This document shows positions 28,143 through 37,028 of a DNA stretch of 64,000 nt, one piece after another (position 1 is the stretch's first letter; each line of letters starts with the position of its first letter). The stretch spans positions 192,001-256,000 of the forward strand of contig CBDCRI010000001.1 of assembly GCA_965220965.1 (NCBI GenBank), read 5' to 3'. Position numbers and translations under genes: made by a program. This stretch comes from Candidatus Marinacidobacterium sp. (GTDB lineage Bacteria; Acidobacteriota; Vicinamibacteria; Marinacidobacterales; Marinacidobacteraceae). The notes under the pieces are model-generated. The model saw only the letters and a program-made list of their open reading frames with translations, ran no database searches and was not told the DNA's origin.

Positions 28143-28970
28143 CTATTCCGTGACGGCGTCCTGCGGCAGCGCGCATTGCTCCAGCCCGGCCGCGGCTGCG
28201 GGTCGAGCCGCGGCATTGCCGCCCAGCAGCAGGCGCCTCAGGGCGCCGGCCCTGGCCGGCGTGTCGAACGAGAGCGCCCTCACCGCGGCGAGCCCATCCC
28301 GCACGCCGCTTTCGCCGTGCGCGTCGATGCAGCTCGCCATGGCCGCGAGGCCTTGCATCGCGGGGCCGTCGTCGCGGGCGTCAGCCGTGGCCCCCGCGGC
28401 CACCATGCGCGAGTAGACGGCCGCCGCGTGGCGCAGCAGCTGCCGGTTGCGCTGCGACAGCGGATTGGCCTCGAGGATGGCGATCTCGATGTCGTCGCGC
28501 ACCCGGTCACGGTCCGCGTCGACGCCGAACAGGCCCTGGCCCGGGCTTTCGGGCTTGGGCGGCAGCCGGTCGGAGTCGAGCTCGCGAAGGGTGAGCGCAT
28601 GGGCGGCCTCGGAGGCCGCCCCGTAGGAGTCGGCCACGCGCAGGCTGACGACGGCGCGGACGTCGGCGGCCAGCTCCCCAACGCTCAGCACGGCGGTCTC
28701 GCCCACGGAGGAGAGCGCCACGTCCGCGCCCTGCGGCCCGTCCAGCGCCATGCTCCAGCCATGGGACACGACGCGGCCGTCCGGGTCCGACGACAGCGTC
28801 CCGTCTAGGACGTATTCGGCCCGCTCGTGGGGATTCCCGGGGACCGAGAAGGCGGCCACCGGCGGCGCGTTGCGGGCCGGGCCGCCGCAGGCGGCCAGCC
28901 CGAGGGCGAGGAGGCCCGCCGCCAGGCCACGGAGGGGAAGGCTGATGCCGACGGCCGTGGACCGAGCCAT
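28143..28970 (-). CDS. lipoprotein with PKD domain
   Basis: Lipobox LAAC; PPVAAF..LDGTLSSDPDGRVVSHGW..VADSYG; then GVDADRDRVRDDIE. Confidence 0.8.
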   Translation of the reverse strand: MARSTAVGISLPLRGLAAGLLALGLAACGGPARNAPPVAAFSVPGNPHERAEYVLDGTLSSDPDGRVVSHGWSMALDGPQGADVALSSVGETAVLSVGELAADVRAVVSLRVADSYGAASEAAHALTLRELDSDRLPPKPESPGQGLFGVDADRDRVRDDIEIAILEANPLSQRNRQLLRHAAAVYSRMVAAGATADARDDGPAMQGLAAMASCIDAHGESGVRDGLAAVRALSFDTPARAGALRRLLLGGNAAARPAAAAGLEQCALPQDAVTE

Positions 28971-29004
28971 TGTCTCCCTGGGCGATTCCGAGTCGCGGGG
29001 CACT

Positions 29005-30378
29005 CTACCAGAACAGGCGGTGGGCGGCCTCGGGCCTCCCCTGCCCCAGCAGCCCGCGCACGCGCTCCACGGCCCCGCCCGGCGCCTCGCAGCCGGCGCA
29101 GGCCTCGACCAGCTCGCTGCCCGCCACGCCCTCCAGGGGGAAGGACTCCGCCAGCCGACCCAAGGCCCACAGGCCCGAGCAGAGCACGTCGAGCAGGGCC
29201 TCCAAGGCGCCGTCGAGCTGCTCCAGGGCGATGAGGCCATGGGTCCAGAGGTCCTCGACGCCGTGGGAGGCCGCGCCGCCGGCCGCGAAGGTGCGGCGGC
29301 CGAACGCCATGCGGGCCCGCTCGCAGGACGCCGCCATCACCTTCGGCAGCTGGATCAGCCCCAGCGGCGCGGCGGCCGTGGCGCCGTCGCGGGGCACGCC
29401 CGGGGCGCGGCCGCTCAGCAGGTGCCCGGTCCAGCCCTGCTGCGCCCACATGAGGAACAGGGCGGCCTCGACGACGGCCCCCGTCCTGATCGACAGCGTC
29501 GGCGCGAGGAAGCTCGCCTGGGAGAGCGGCAACGGCCGTCCCGTCTCCACCAGCGGGTTGCCGGACGGCTTGAACAGCAGGTAGCCGACCTCGGCCAGGA
29601 AGTCCTCCACGGCGCAGCACCACGCCTCCAGCACCTGCGGCATGGCGCGCATCGACACCGGGTCCTGCGTCCCGCCCTTCCGCCCCGTTGCGCGCCCGCG
29701 GACGTGGCGCACGGCCTCCAGCGCCCATGCCCGCTCCGCCGTGGCGGCGAAGTGCAGGTTGGAGTCGTTGGCCCGCGCGGCCGCGTGGTGCAGGGCCGCC
29801 GCCTCGACGGCCAGCGCCGAGGCGCTGCGCAGCTTCGGCGCCATGGCGGCGGCGAGGCCGACGTGGACGAAGCTGCCGTTGACCATGGCCATCGCCTCCC
29901 CCGGGCGGAGCGCGTCGGCGCCCTCCCCGTCCAGCGCCTGCAGAACCGACCTCGCCCAGTGGGCCGCAGGCACCACGTCGCCGCAGGAGTAGCTGGCCCC
30001 CCGGGGCACCAGGGGCCTGAAGCCGTCGCGGACCACCAGCCGCGCCACGGCCCGGAACAGGTCCGGGGAGACGCCGGAAAGCCCGGCGGACCAGGCGTGC
30101 AGCTTCGCGTAGCCGACGCAGCGCGCGGCGCGGGGGCCGTGCCAGGGCGGCGAGGCGATGGCGTGGGAGCGCAGGATCTCCTCCGCGACGCCATCCGGAT
30201 CGGCCACCGGCTCTGCGTCGCGGTGGCCGGGCAGCGTGTTGGCGCCGTAGACCCGCACGGCCGGGTCCTCCACCATCGCCCGCAGGTGGCGGTGCTCGGC
30301 GTCAAGCCGCTTCGCGGCCGCGGCCCAGAGGGGCGGCGCCGTGCGGGCCTCGACGTGCCGCAGGAACTCCGCGAGCAT
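29005..30378 (-). CDS. aromatic amino-acid lyase (HAL/PAL superfamily) with atypical MIO motif
   Basis: VYGANT, ASYSCGD, AMVNGS, QDPVSMRAMPQV, GNPLV, HGVED. Confidence 0.8.
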   Translation of the reverse strand: MLAEFLRHVEARTAPPLWAAAAKRLDAEHRHLRAMVEDPAVRVYGANTLPGHRDAEPVADPDGVAEEILRSHAIASPPWHGPRAARCVGYAKLHAWSAGLSGVSPDLFRAVARLVVRDGFRPLVPRGASYSCGDVVPAAHWARSVLQALDGEGADALRPGEAMAMVNGSFVHVGLAAAMAPKLRSASALAVEAAALHHAAARANDSNLHFAATAERAWALEAVRHVRGRATGRKGGTQDPVSMRAMPQVLEAWCCAVEDFLAEVGYLLFKPSGNPLVETGRPLPLSQASFLAPTLSIRTGAVVEAALFLMWAQQGWTGHLLSGRAPGVPRDGATAAAPLGLIQLPKVMAASCERARMAFGRRTFAAGGAASHGVEDLWTHGLIALEQLDGALEALLDVLCSGLWALGRLAESFPLEGVAGSELVEACAGCEAPGGAVERVRGLLGQGRPEAAHRLFW

Positions 30379-30706
30379 GCCTACCGAGCGCACGGGCGCT
30401 CCCGGTCGGCGGCGCGCCGTCGGGCGCGGAATTGCGGGGGGGGGGGGGGGGGTAGGCAGCGCCAAGCGGGACGCGGCGGGCCTGCACGGGCGCCGGGCCG
30501 TCGACGGATCCCATCGGGCGGTCGACGGCGCCGCCCGTTCGCCGGCCGCGGGCGGCCACGCCCGGGGCGGCTTCAACGGCTGTTGCATTCAGCGGGCGGC
30601 CCGGCAAGGGGAGCGTCAGCATTCGCTGGAGGTCAAGTCGCGCGTCGCGCGTGGCCGACCATGATACAACGGTCGCCCGACCGCCCGCGCCCGGGCTCAT
30701 GGCATA

Positions 30707-31417
30707 ATGCCAAAAACGGCAGGAGGATCGTCGATGGGCTCCAATCGGCCTACCGGCAAGCAGGAGGGCGGAAGCGGCCAGCAAGCGGAGCCGTCCGAAT
30801 CGCGTCGCCGGATGCAAGCGTGGATTGAGGCGGCTGCTGAGCGCCCTTTGATGGCGTTTTTCAAGGTTCTGGCCGCAGCGTCCTTTGTGTTCTGGGGAGT
30901 GGTCGCCTACGAGGAGCTCTGGGCGCCGCGCTGGATGCTCATGCAGGACGGCTCCGGCGGTGAGTTCCTCGCCCTGCGCCAGCCGCACCGTTGCGAGCTG
31001 CCGGAAGCGGCCATCGAACAGAAGCGCTGGGGGATGCTCTTCGCCGACTTCGGCGCCAGCCTTGCCTATTTTGGCGAGGCGCAATGGCGGGAGGGAGGGG
31101 ACCGGATCGGCCGCATCAGCCGAGTGGCCGCCGACCAAGGCCACCTCTGGCTGGCCACCTGGTGGGATCCCCGCGAGGGGCGGGCGGCCTCCGGCCTCTT
31201 CCAGCCCAGCGACTGGACAGTGCCCGGCCCCGCTCCCGTCGCATTGCTCGGCAGCGGGACGGGCGCGGCGGGCGAAGGGTCCGCCGAGGATGTAGAGCGC
31301 CTGCGCGCCCACCAAGCGGAGACGCTCCGCATCGGCCGGCAGGCCGTCCAGCCGCCGGTTTCCTGCGAAGGGGCGCTTCGCCTTGCGGCGCGGCTGCGGG
31401 ACCTGCCCGGTCCGTAG
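30707..31417 (+). CDS. hypothetical membrane-anchored protein
   Basis: TM segment VLAAASFVFWGVVAY; ends LPGP; start uncertain. Confidence 0.6.
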   Translation: MPKTAGGSSMGSNRPTGKQEGGSGQQAEPSESRRRMQAWIEAAAERPLMAFFKVLAAASFVFWGVVAYEELWAPRWMLMQDGSGGEFLALRQPHRCELPEAAIEQKRWGMLFADFGASLAYFGEAQWREGGDRIGRISRVAADQGHLWLATWWDPREGRAASGLFQPSDWTVPGPAPVALLGSGTGAAGEGSAEDVERLRAHQAETLRIGRQAVQPPVSCEGALRLAARLRDLPGP

Positions 31418-31551
31418 GCCGGGGCGCAACGCGGGCCGTCGGCCGCGGACGGCCGTTCCGACCCATGGGGGCGCCCGCCCCCCGCCCCTCGCCCGACCTT
31501 GGTTTATGGTATAATACAGGTAACACCAAAGGCGGCCGCCAAGGAGGGCCA

Positions 31552-31767
31552 ATGGGCGTGAACGGGGCGACGGACAGGCAGGTGCGCTACGCCATGCGCC
31601 TGCTGGCGGAGGCGGGCTACTCCACGAGATACATGAATGCCAAGTTCAAGGATCTCGGCGCCACCATGCGGGAGCGCAGCGGCAGCGTCGAGGACTGGGT
31701 GGCCGGCATGAACCGGCAGGAGGCCTCGGCCCTGATCGAGAGGCTTCTGGCGCAGGAGCCGCGATGA
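31552..31767 (+). CDS. small protein with ATxRQxxY...EASxLI motif
   Basis: AAGGAGG RBS, TGGTATAAT at 31507; motif shared with 60927-61367. Confidence 0.75.
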   Translation: MGVNGATDRQVRYAMRLLAEAGYSTRYMNAKFKDLGATMRERSGSVEDWVAGMNRQEASALIERLLAQEPR

Positions 31768-32144
31768 AGTCCTTCGCCTTCATCGACCGTAAGGGCGGCT
31801 TCCTCTTGGGCCATGCGGAGGCCGAGAGCCCGGAGATCGGCGCGCTGGTGCTGATGCGGGACATCGATGGGGACCGCGGGCAAACGGCGCAGGCCGTGGC
31901 GGACGTGCGCCTCGCGCGCGGAAAGGACGCCTTCGACGTCTACGAGGTGCCGCGCGGCCTGGAACTCCCCGACGCCCAGGCTGACGCGGAGGCCTCGATG
32001 GCCATCATGGGCGGCCGCTATCTCGGCATCGTGGTCGTCCACACCCCGAGCGCCCCGGAGGACACGGACCTTCCCGGCAAGACCCTGGACGTGTTGAGGC
32101 GGGAGCTTCGGTCCCCGCCGGATCCGGGCGCGCCGGGTCCATGA
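31764..32144 (+). CDS. hypothetical protein
   Basis: ATGA coupling to the previous gene; ends PDPGAPGP. Confidence 0.75.
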   Translation: MKSFAFIDRKGGFLLGHAEAESPEIGALVLMRDIDGDRGQTAQAVADVRLARGKDAFDVYEVPRGLELPDAQADAEASMAIMGGRYLGIVVVHTPSAPEDTDLPGKTLDVLRRELRSPPDPGAPGP

Positions 32145-32308
32145 CGGACGCCGGGCATTTGCGGGCGCTGCCGGCGGACGCCCGGCAGCGCTGCCAAGGC
32201 GACGTGGGGGGGCGCTGCGCCCTCCGGCTTGAGAACTTTCCCGAATCGATCAATGCTTGAAGCCCGCCGTCCGGTTCGGGCGGGCTGAAAGCGCACAAGG
32301 AGGCCAAG

Positions 32309-34306
32309 ATGCCCAACCATCGAGCAATGACCTTTCCCGCCCTGCTTGCCCTGGCCCTGCTTGCCGCAGGCTGCGGCGGCGGAGGGGGCAGCGGCGGCAC
32401 CGCCCCCGTCGTCGGGGGCGGCGGCCCGACGTTCGACGTCTCCGTCAGCGTGGCCGAGGCGCCGGGCCGGGCCGCGGGCGGGCCCGCCGAGCCCCCGCAG
32501 GCTGGCTTCGAGTTCACCGCCGCCTCGGACTCGGCCGGCGTGCCGAGGCTGGACTTCCAGGTCACGCCCGGCAGCCAGGGCGCGGCCTCCGGCGCGGTGC
32601 TCGCCGCCCCCGCGTCCGGGCAGCTCACGGTCGGCGAGCCGGTGGCCGTCGAGCTGCGCGTCGAGGACTGCCTCAAGGGCACCGCGGAGCCGGTGACGAC
32701 CGCCATCGGCGTCACCGTGGAGCACGCCGACCGGATCGAGACCGCCTGGACCTGGGAGTGCGACGAGGGCAACCCGCGCATCGTGCAGGTCGAGACCTAC
32801 CAAGGCCCGCTGGTGTCGCGGCTGCTGGTCGAGAGCGGCGACACGGACGGCCGCGGCGGCGTGGCCGTGCACCCGCAGGCGGGCCGCTTCGCGGTCGTCT
32901 CGGTGCACGTGGAGCACGACTCCGAGACCGTCCCGGAGGTCGCCGCCCGGCTGGCCGGGCGCGACGGCCAGGGCGACGGGCAGGGCCTTGACCCCATCGG
33001 CTCCGGGGCCGTCCGGCTGGAGACCCCGGACAGCTACGGGGAGTCCCCGTTCCGCTCGGAGCTGCTCTACCGGGTGCCCGCCGGGGACTACCGCGCGGGC
33101 CTTGACGTGCAGCTGGCCATCGACCCGGACGGGCGCCTCCGGGAGTCGGACGAGGGCGACAACGAGGTGGCGGTCCCGCTGCCCGACGAGGGCATCCACC
33201 GGACCCGCCCACTGGAGGTGGTGGTGGTGCCCGCGCACCGCGAGCCCGGACCCGGTGAGACCGCGCCGACGGGCGGGCTCATCCCTCCGGAGGGCGTGCC
33301 GGCGGATGCGCAAATACAGGCGGTGGTGAACGCGCACTGGCCCGCCCCGGCCGTGACCGTGCGCAACCACGAGAGCGCCCCGGATGAGCCGGAGCCCTTC
33401 GCGCTGCGCGGGGTCGACTACGGGGCCGGGCTGGGCGCCTGGGAGGACGCACTCGAGGAGCTCGTGATCTACCGTACGTCGCAGGCCACGGAGAGCCCGC
33501 ACGAGTTCTGGGTCGGCTACGTCGAGTGGCCCGAGGGATCGGAGCCGGCCAACGCGGCTTGCGGCCTCGGCTACAACCTCAGGGGCGACGGAGCGGTTTT
33601 GAGCCCGTATCGGGCAACCCTCATCAACGTGGGCTGCACCGACTTCGCTCTGGCCCACGAGCTGGGCCACAACCTCGGACTGAACCACGTCGACGCGGGC
33701 TGCGGCTCGACGCCGCCGCACCAGGAGTTTCCCCATGCGGACGGCGGCCTCGGTCCGAACCGGGTCTGGGACGCCCGCCGCAACGATGGCGCGGGCGGCT
33801 TCGTGCCCGGGGTGCCGGGAACCGACGCCGACGCCCCGAAGGACGTCATGAGCTACTGCGATGCTTTCTTCACCTCGGACCACAGCTACCGTGAGGCGCA
33901 GCGGCGGCGCATCAGCCTCGACGGGCTGCCGGAGGCGTCCGCCTACCGGAGCCTGGAGCCGCGGCCAGCGGCGTCCGGCGGGGGCGCGAGGTCCCTTCTG
34001 CTGGCCGGCCGGGTGGACGAGCGCGGGCGGTACAGCCTCACCCGCCACCGGCTGCTCGACAAGGCGCCGAAGCGCCCCGCCCCGGCCGGCGGGGGACGCC
34101 TCCGGCTGGTCGTCGAGGTGCCCGGACAGGGGCTGCGGCTCGAGCGTCCGCTGCTCCCCGCCTACCCCGCGCACGACCTCGACGGCGTGCACGACGGCAT
34201 CTGGGTGGACCGGGTGCCGGCCCCCGCCGGACGGGCGCCCACCTTGGTGACCATCGTGGACCCGGAGGGGCGCGCCCTGCTGCGGGAATGGCTGTTCGCG
34301 GAGTGA
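32309..34306 (+). CDS. lipoprotein zinc metallopeptidase (metzincin, M66-like) with CARDB-like domain
   Basis: Lipobox AAGC; IDPDGRLRESDEGDNE; HELGHNLGLNH; Met-turn DVMSYC. Confidence 0.88.
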   Translation: MPNHRAMTFPALLALALLAAGCGGGGGSGGTAPVVGGGGPTFDVSVSVAEAPGRAAGGPAEPPQAGFEFTAASDSAGVPRLDFQVTPGSQGAASGAVLAAPASGQLTVGEPVAVELRVEDCLKGTAEPVTTAIGVTVEHADRIETAWTWECDEGNPRIVQVETYQGPLVSRLLVESGDTDGRGGVAVHPQAGRFAVVSVHVEHDSETVPEVAARLAGRDGQGDGQGLDPIGSGAVRLETPDSYGESPFRSELLYRVPAGDYRAGLDVQLAIDPDGRLRESDEGDNEVAVPLPDEGIHRTRPLEVVVVPAHREPGPGETAPTGGLIPPEGVPADAQIQAVVNAHWPAPAVTVRNHESAPDEPEPFALRGVDYGAGLGAWEDALEELVIYRTSQATESPHEFWVGYVEWPEGSEPANAACGLGYNLRGDGAVLSPYRATLINVGCTDFALAHELGHNLGLNHVDAGCGSTPPHQEFPHADGGLGPNRVWDARRNDGAGGFVPGVPGTDADAPKDVMSYCDAFFTSDHSYREAQRRRISLDGLPEASAYRSLEPRPAASGGGARSLLLAGRVDERGRYSLTRHRLLDKAPKRPAPAGGGRLRLVVEVPGQGLRLERPLLPAYPAHDLDGVHDGIWVDRVPAPAGRAPTLVTIVDPEGRALLREWLFAE

Positions 34307-34423
34307 CCGGCGCTGCGTCGGAGCGGCGCCCGTCCCGCGGGAGCGCCCGCAGCGGGCCACGGTGGGGGTTCAAGCCCTGCCCGAACGCTACAATCCCTGC
34401 GAGGACCGCAAGAGGAGCGCGGC

Positions 34424-34921
34424 TTGGCCACCAGATGCCTGATCGGGATGGAGCAGCCGCGAGGCAGTGTCCTTTACGCCTACTGCCATTGTGACGGCTA
34501 TCCAGACAGCCTGGGCGTCGGGCGTGACCTGCTGAACGGCCTGCGGAGCCCGGAGGCGGTCGCGGCGATTGTCGCAGGCGGCAACATGATCGCGGTCGTC
34601 GACGGACTCCCCAAGCGGTTCGAGCCCTTCTCGCCGCCGGTCACGGTCGATGACGCGGACGCCTTCGTCGCGGAAATGGAGGGCCTCAACGCCGAGTACC
34701 TGTACCTCTTCACCCGGCAGGGCGACTGGCTGTGCTACGGCCACTGGCGGGGCGAGGGCGACGCATGGCGCGACCTCAGGGAGTACCGGGAGCGCATCGA
34801 GGCTGACGCGCGCTCGCCCTCCAGGCCGGGCGGGCCGGCCGGCGGCGGTCCGGGCCGCGCCGGGCCGAGTGCGGGCCAGCGGGGAACGGGCCGGCAAGGG
34901 CACGGGGCGCAGCGCCAATGA
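34424..34921 (+). CDS. conserved phage/plasmid hypothetical protein (YxHxDGYP family)
   Basis: MATRCLIG..YCHCDGYP..GVG..LL..EYLYLF; GAGGAG RBS, TTG start. Confidence 0.75.
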   Translation: MATRCLIGMEQPRGSVLYAYCHCDGYPDSLGVGRDLLNGLRSPEAVAAIVAGGNMIAVVDGLPKRFEPFSPPVTVDDADAFVAEMEGLNAEYLYLFTRQGDWLCYGHWRGEGDAWRDLREYRERIEADARSPSRPGGPAGGGPGRAGPSAGQRGTGRQGHGAQRQ

Positions 34922-35388
34922 CAGGGAACGGCAGGATCGACGGCATCCGCGTGCGCGTCACGCCGCGGCGCAGCTGGCGGCTGCAGCTCGTCAGGCTGTC
35001 GGGGGAGTGGCACGCCCTCGTGAAGGGCCGCAGCCAGGCTCCGGTCGAGGCCAAGGCCCGCACGGCCCAAGCCGCGCTGGAGCGCGCCTTGGGCGCCTGG
35101 GCCGACAGGCCCGAGGTGACGGCTGCCGCGCCAAGGTCGGCCGGAGCCTTGGCCTTCGAGTTGCCTGATGAGGACGGCGCCTGGCTCTGCCTGAGGCACC
35201 GGGGGATGGACGCCACGTGGTCCTGCGAGTTCGGCAGCGTGGCCCGCCGGCGAACCGTCACCGGGCACCGCTGCCCGGAGGACGCCATCGCCGCCGCGTC
35301 ACGGGCGTGGCCGGCGGCCATTGCGCCCCTGCGCCTCGGCGCCGGGCCGCCTCCCCCGCCAAGCCGGCCCGCGGCCGGCGGTCCCTGA
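34918..35388 (+). CDS. hypothetical protein
   Basis: ATGA coupling; ends PSRPAAGGP. Confidence 0.6.
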   Translation: MTGNGRIDGIRVRVTPRRSWRLQLVRLSGEWHALVKGRSQAPVEAKARTAQAALERALGAWADRPEVTAAAPRSAGALAFELPDEDGAWLCLRHRGMDATWSCEFGSVARRRTVTGHRCPEDAIAAASRAWPAAIAPLRLGAGPPPPPSRPAAGGP

Positions 35389-35407
35389 CGTCCCCGGGCG
35401 CCGCCCA

Positions 35408-36445
35408 ATGCCGGTCTCCATAGTCGTCGGCGGCCAGTTCGGCTCGGAGGGCAAGGGCAAGGTCGCCCACTGGCTCGCGGCCCGGCAGCAGGCGTGCCAC
35501 GCCGTTCGCGTCGGCGGCCCCAACTCGGGCCACACCGCGCTCTCCGAGGGCCGGCTGCGCGCGTTCCGCCAGCTCCCAACCTGCATCCTGCATGAGCCCG
35601 TGGTCGGCGTCATCCCCGCGGGGGCCTACGTGGACGAGGCGCTCCTGCTGTCGGAGGCGGAGGCCGCCGGCATCGACGAGTCCCGGCTGCTGATCCATCC
35701 CGATGCGGTCCTGCTCGACGAGTCCATGCGCGAGGAGGAGCGCCGGGCCGGCCTCGTCGAAGGGGTCGCCTCGACCGGACAGGGCGTCGGCGCGGCGCTC
35801 AGGCGGCGCGTCATGCGCATGCGCTCCGTCAGGTTCGCCCGCGACTCCGAGTCCTTGCGGCCATTCCTGCGGCCGGACCTGGGCGCGCGCCTGGCCGAGG
35901 CGCTCGACCGCGGCGGCCGCATCGTCATCGAGGGCACGCAGGGGTTCGGGCTGTCGCTGCTGCACGGCGGCCACTACCCGTTCGCCACCAGCCGCGACAC
36001 CACCGCCGCGGGCATGCTCTCGGAGGCCGGCCTCAGCCCCCGCGACGTGGACTGCGTGTCGCTGGTGATCCGCGCCCTCCCCATCCGCGTGCAGGGCAAC
36101 TCCGGCCCCCTCCCCCGCGAGACCTCCTGGGCCGAGGTGCGGCGCCGCAGCGGGGCGGGCGTCGACCTGGCCGAGACGACCACCGCCACCGGCCGGCGGC
36201 GGCGGGTGGCGCGCTTCGACCCCCGCGTCGTGCGCCGCGCCATCGCCGTCAACCGCCCGAGCCAGCTGGTGCTCAACCACGTGGACCTCATCGACTGCGC
36301 GGCGCACGGCAAGTCCCGCCTCACCGCGCGCGCGGGCGCCGCGGTGGCGGACATCGAAAGCTCGCTCGGCGCGAGGGTCGACTACGCGGGCACCGGCCCG
36401 GGCAGCCTCATCAGCCGCCCTGCGGGCGGCTGGGCCTGCGGCTAG
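35408..36445 (+). CDS. short adenylosuccinate-synthetase paralog, PurZ/PurZ0-like
   Basis: GGQFGSEGKGK, GGPNSGHT, STGQGVG, EGTQG, YPFATSRD, PIRVQGNSGPL, TTATGRRRRV, NHVD, GTGP; 345 aa. Confidence 0.88.
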   Translation: MPVSIVVGGQFGSEGKGKVAHWLAARQQACHAVRVGGPNSGHTALSEGRLRAFRQLPTCILHEPVVGVIPAGAYVDEALLLSEAEAAGIDESRLLIHPDAVLLDESMREEERRAGLVEGVASTGQGVGAALRRRVMRMRSVRFARDSESLRPFLRPDLGARLAEALDRGGRIVIEGTQGFGLSLLHGGHYPFATSRDTTAAGMLSEAGLSPRDVDCVSLVIRALPIRVQGNSGPLPRETSWAEVRRRSGAGVDLAETTTATGRRRRVARFDPRVVRRAIAVNRPSQLVLNHVDLIDCAAHGKSRLTARAGAAVADIESSLGARVDYAGTGPGSLISRPAGGWACG

Positions 36446-36533
36446 CCGGGAGCGGCGGGGAGCCGGGGCGCCCATCGCCCCGGATCGCGGTCCGGCCGGG
36501 CGGCCGGCTCCCGGGGAGCGCCAAGCGCCGGCA

Positions 36534-36971
36534 TCAGCCGCCGGCCCCGACCGGCGCCTCGAGCCAAGCCTTGAGCGCGGCCCACTGCCGCTCGTCGGCG
36601 AGCCTGCGGCGGACCAGCGCGTCGAAGAGGTCGGGAACGCACTGGCCGCGCAGGTGGCCGTCGAGCAGCCTGCGGCTGTCGCGGTCGTCGCCGAGGGCCG
36701 GGAGGTAGCCGGCCGCCGCGGCGCGGCGGGCGTCGTCGAGCCGCTCCGGCGCCTCCGCCAGCCAGCAGTCGAGGTCCTCGCAGGCCGCCAGGACGCGGTC
36801 CGCCTTGCGCCGGTAGGCGGCGAGGAAGGCGTTGGACGCCCGCGACACGCGCCGCCGCTCCGCCATGGGCAGCCCGCCCAGCGCGCCGTCGAGGGTCCGG
36901 TCGAGGGCGGCGAGCGCTATGAGCCTCGGATGGCGCAGGCGGTCCTGCAAGGGCGTGCTGGTCGGGGTCAA
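36534..36971 (-). CDS. hypothetical protein
   Basis: TTG start with GAGG RBS and upstream TGGCATAAT. Confidence 0.55.
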   Translation of the reverse strand: MTPTSTPLQDRLRHPRLIALAALDRTLDGALGGLPMAERRRVSRASNAFLAAYRRKADRVLAACEDLDCWLAEAPERLDDARRAAAAGYLPALGDDRDSRRLLDGHLRGQCVPDLFDALVRRRLADERQWAALKAWLEAPVGAGG

Positions 36972-37028
36972 ACGTCGGCCTCGATGGCGGTCCCGGGCAT
37001 TATGCCACGCCCGCCGCGCCCTTGCGCC

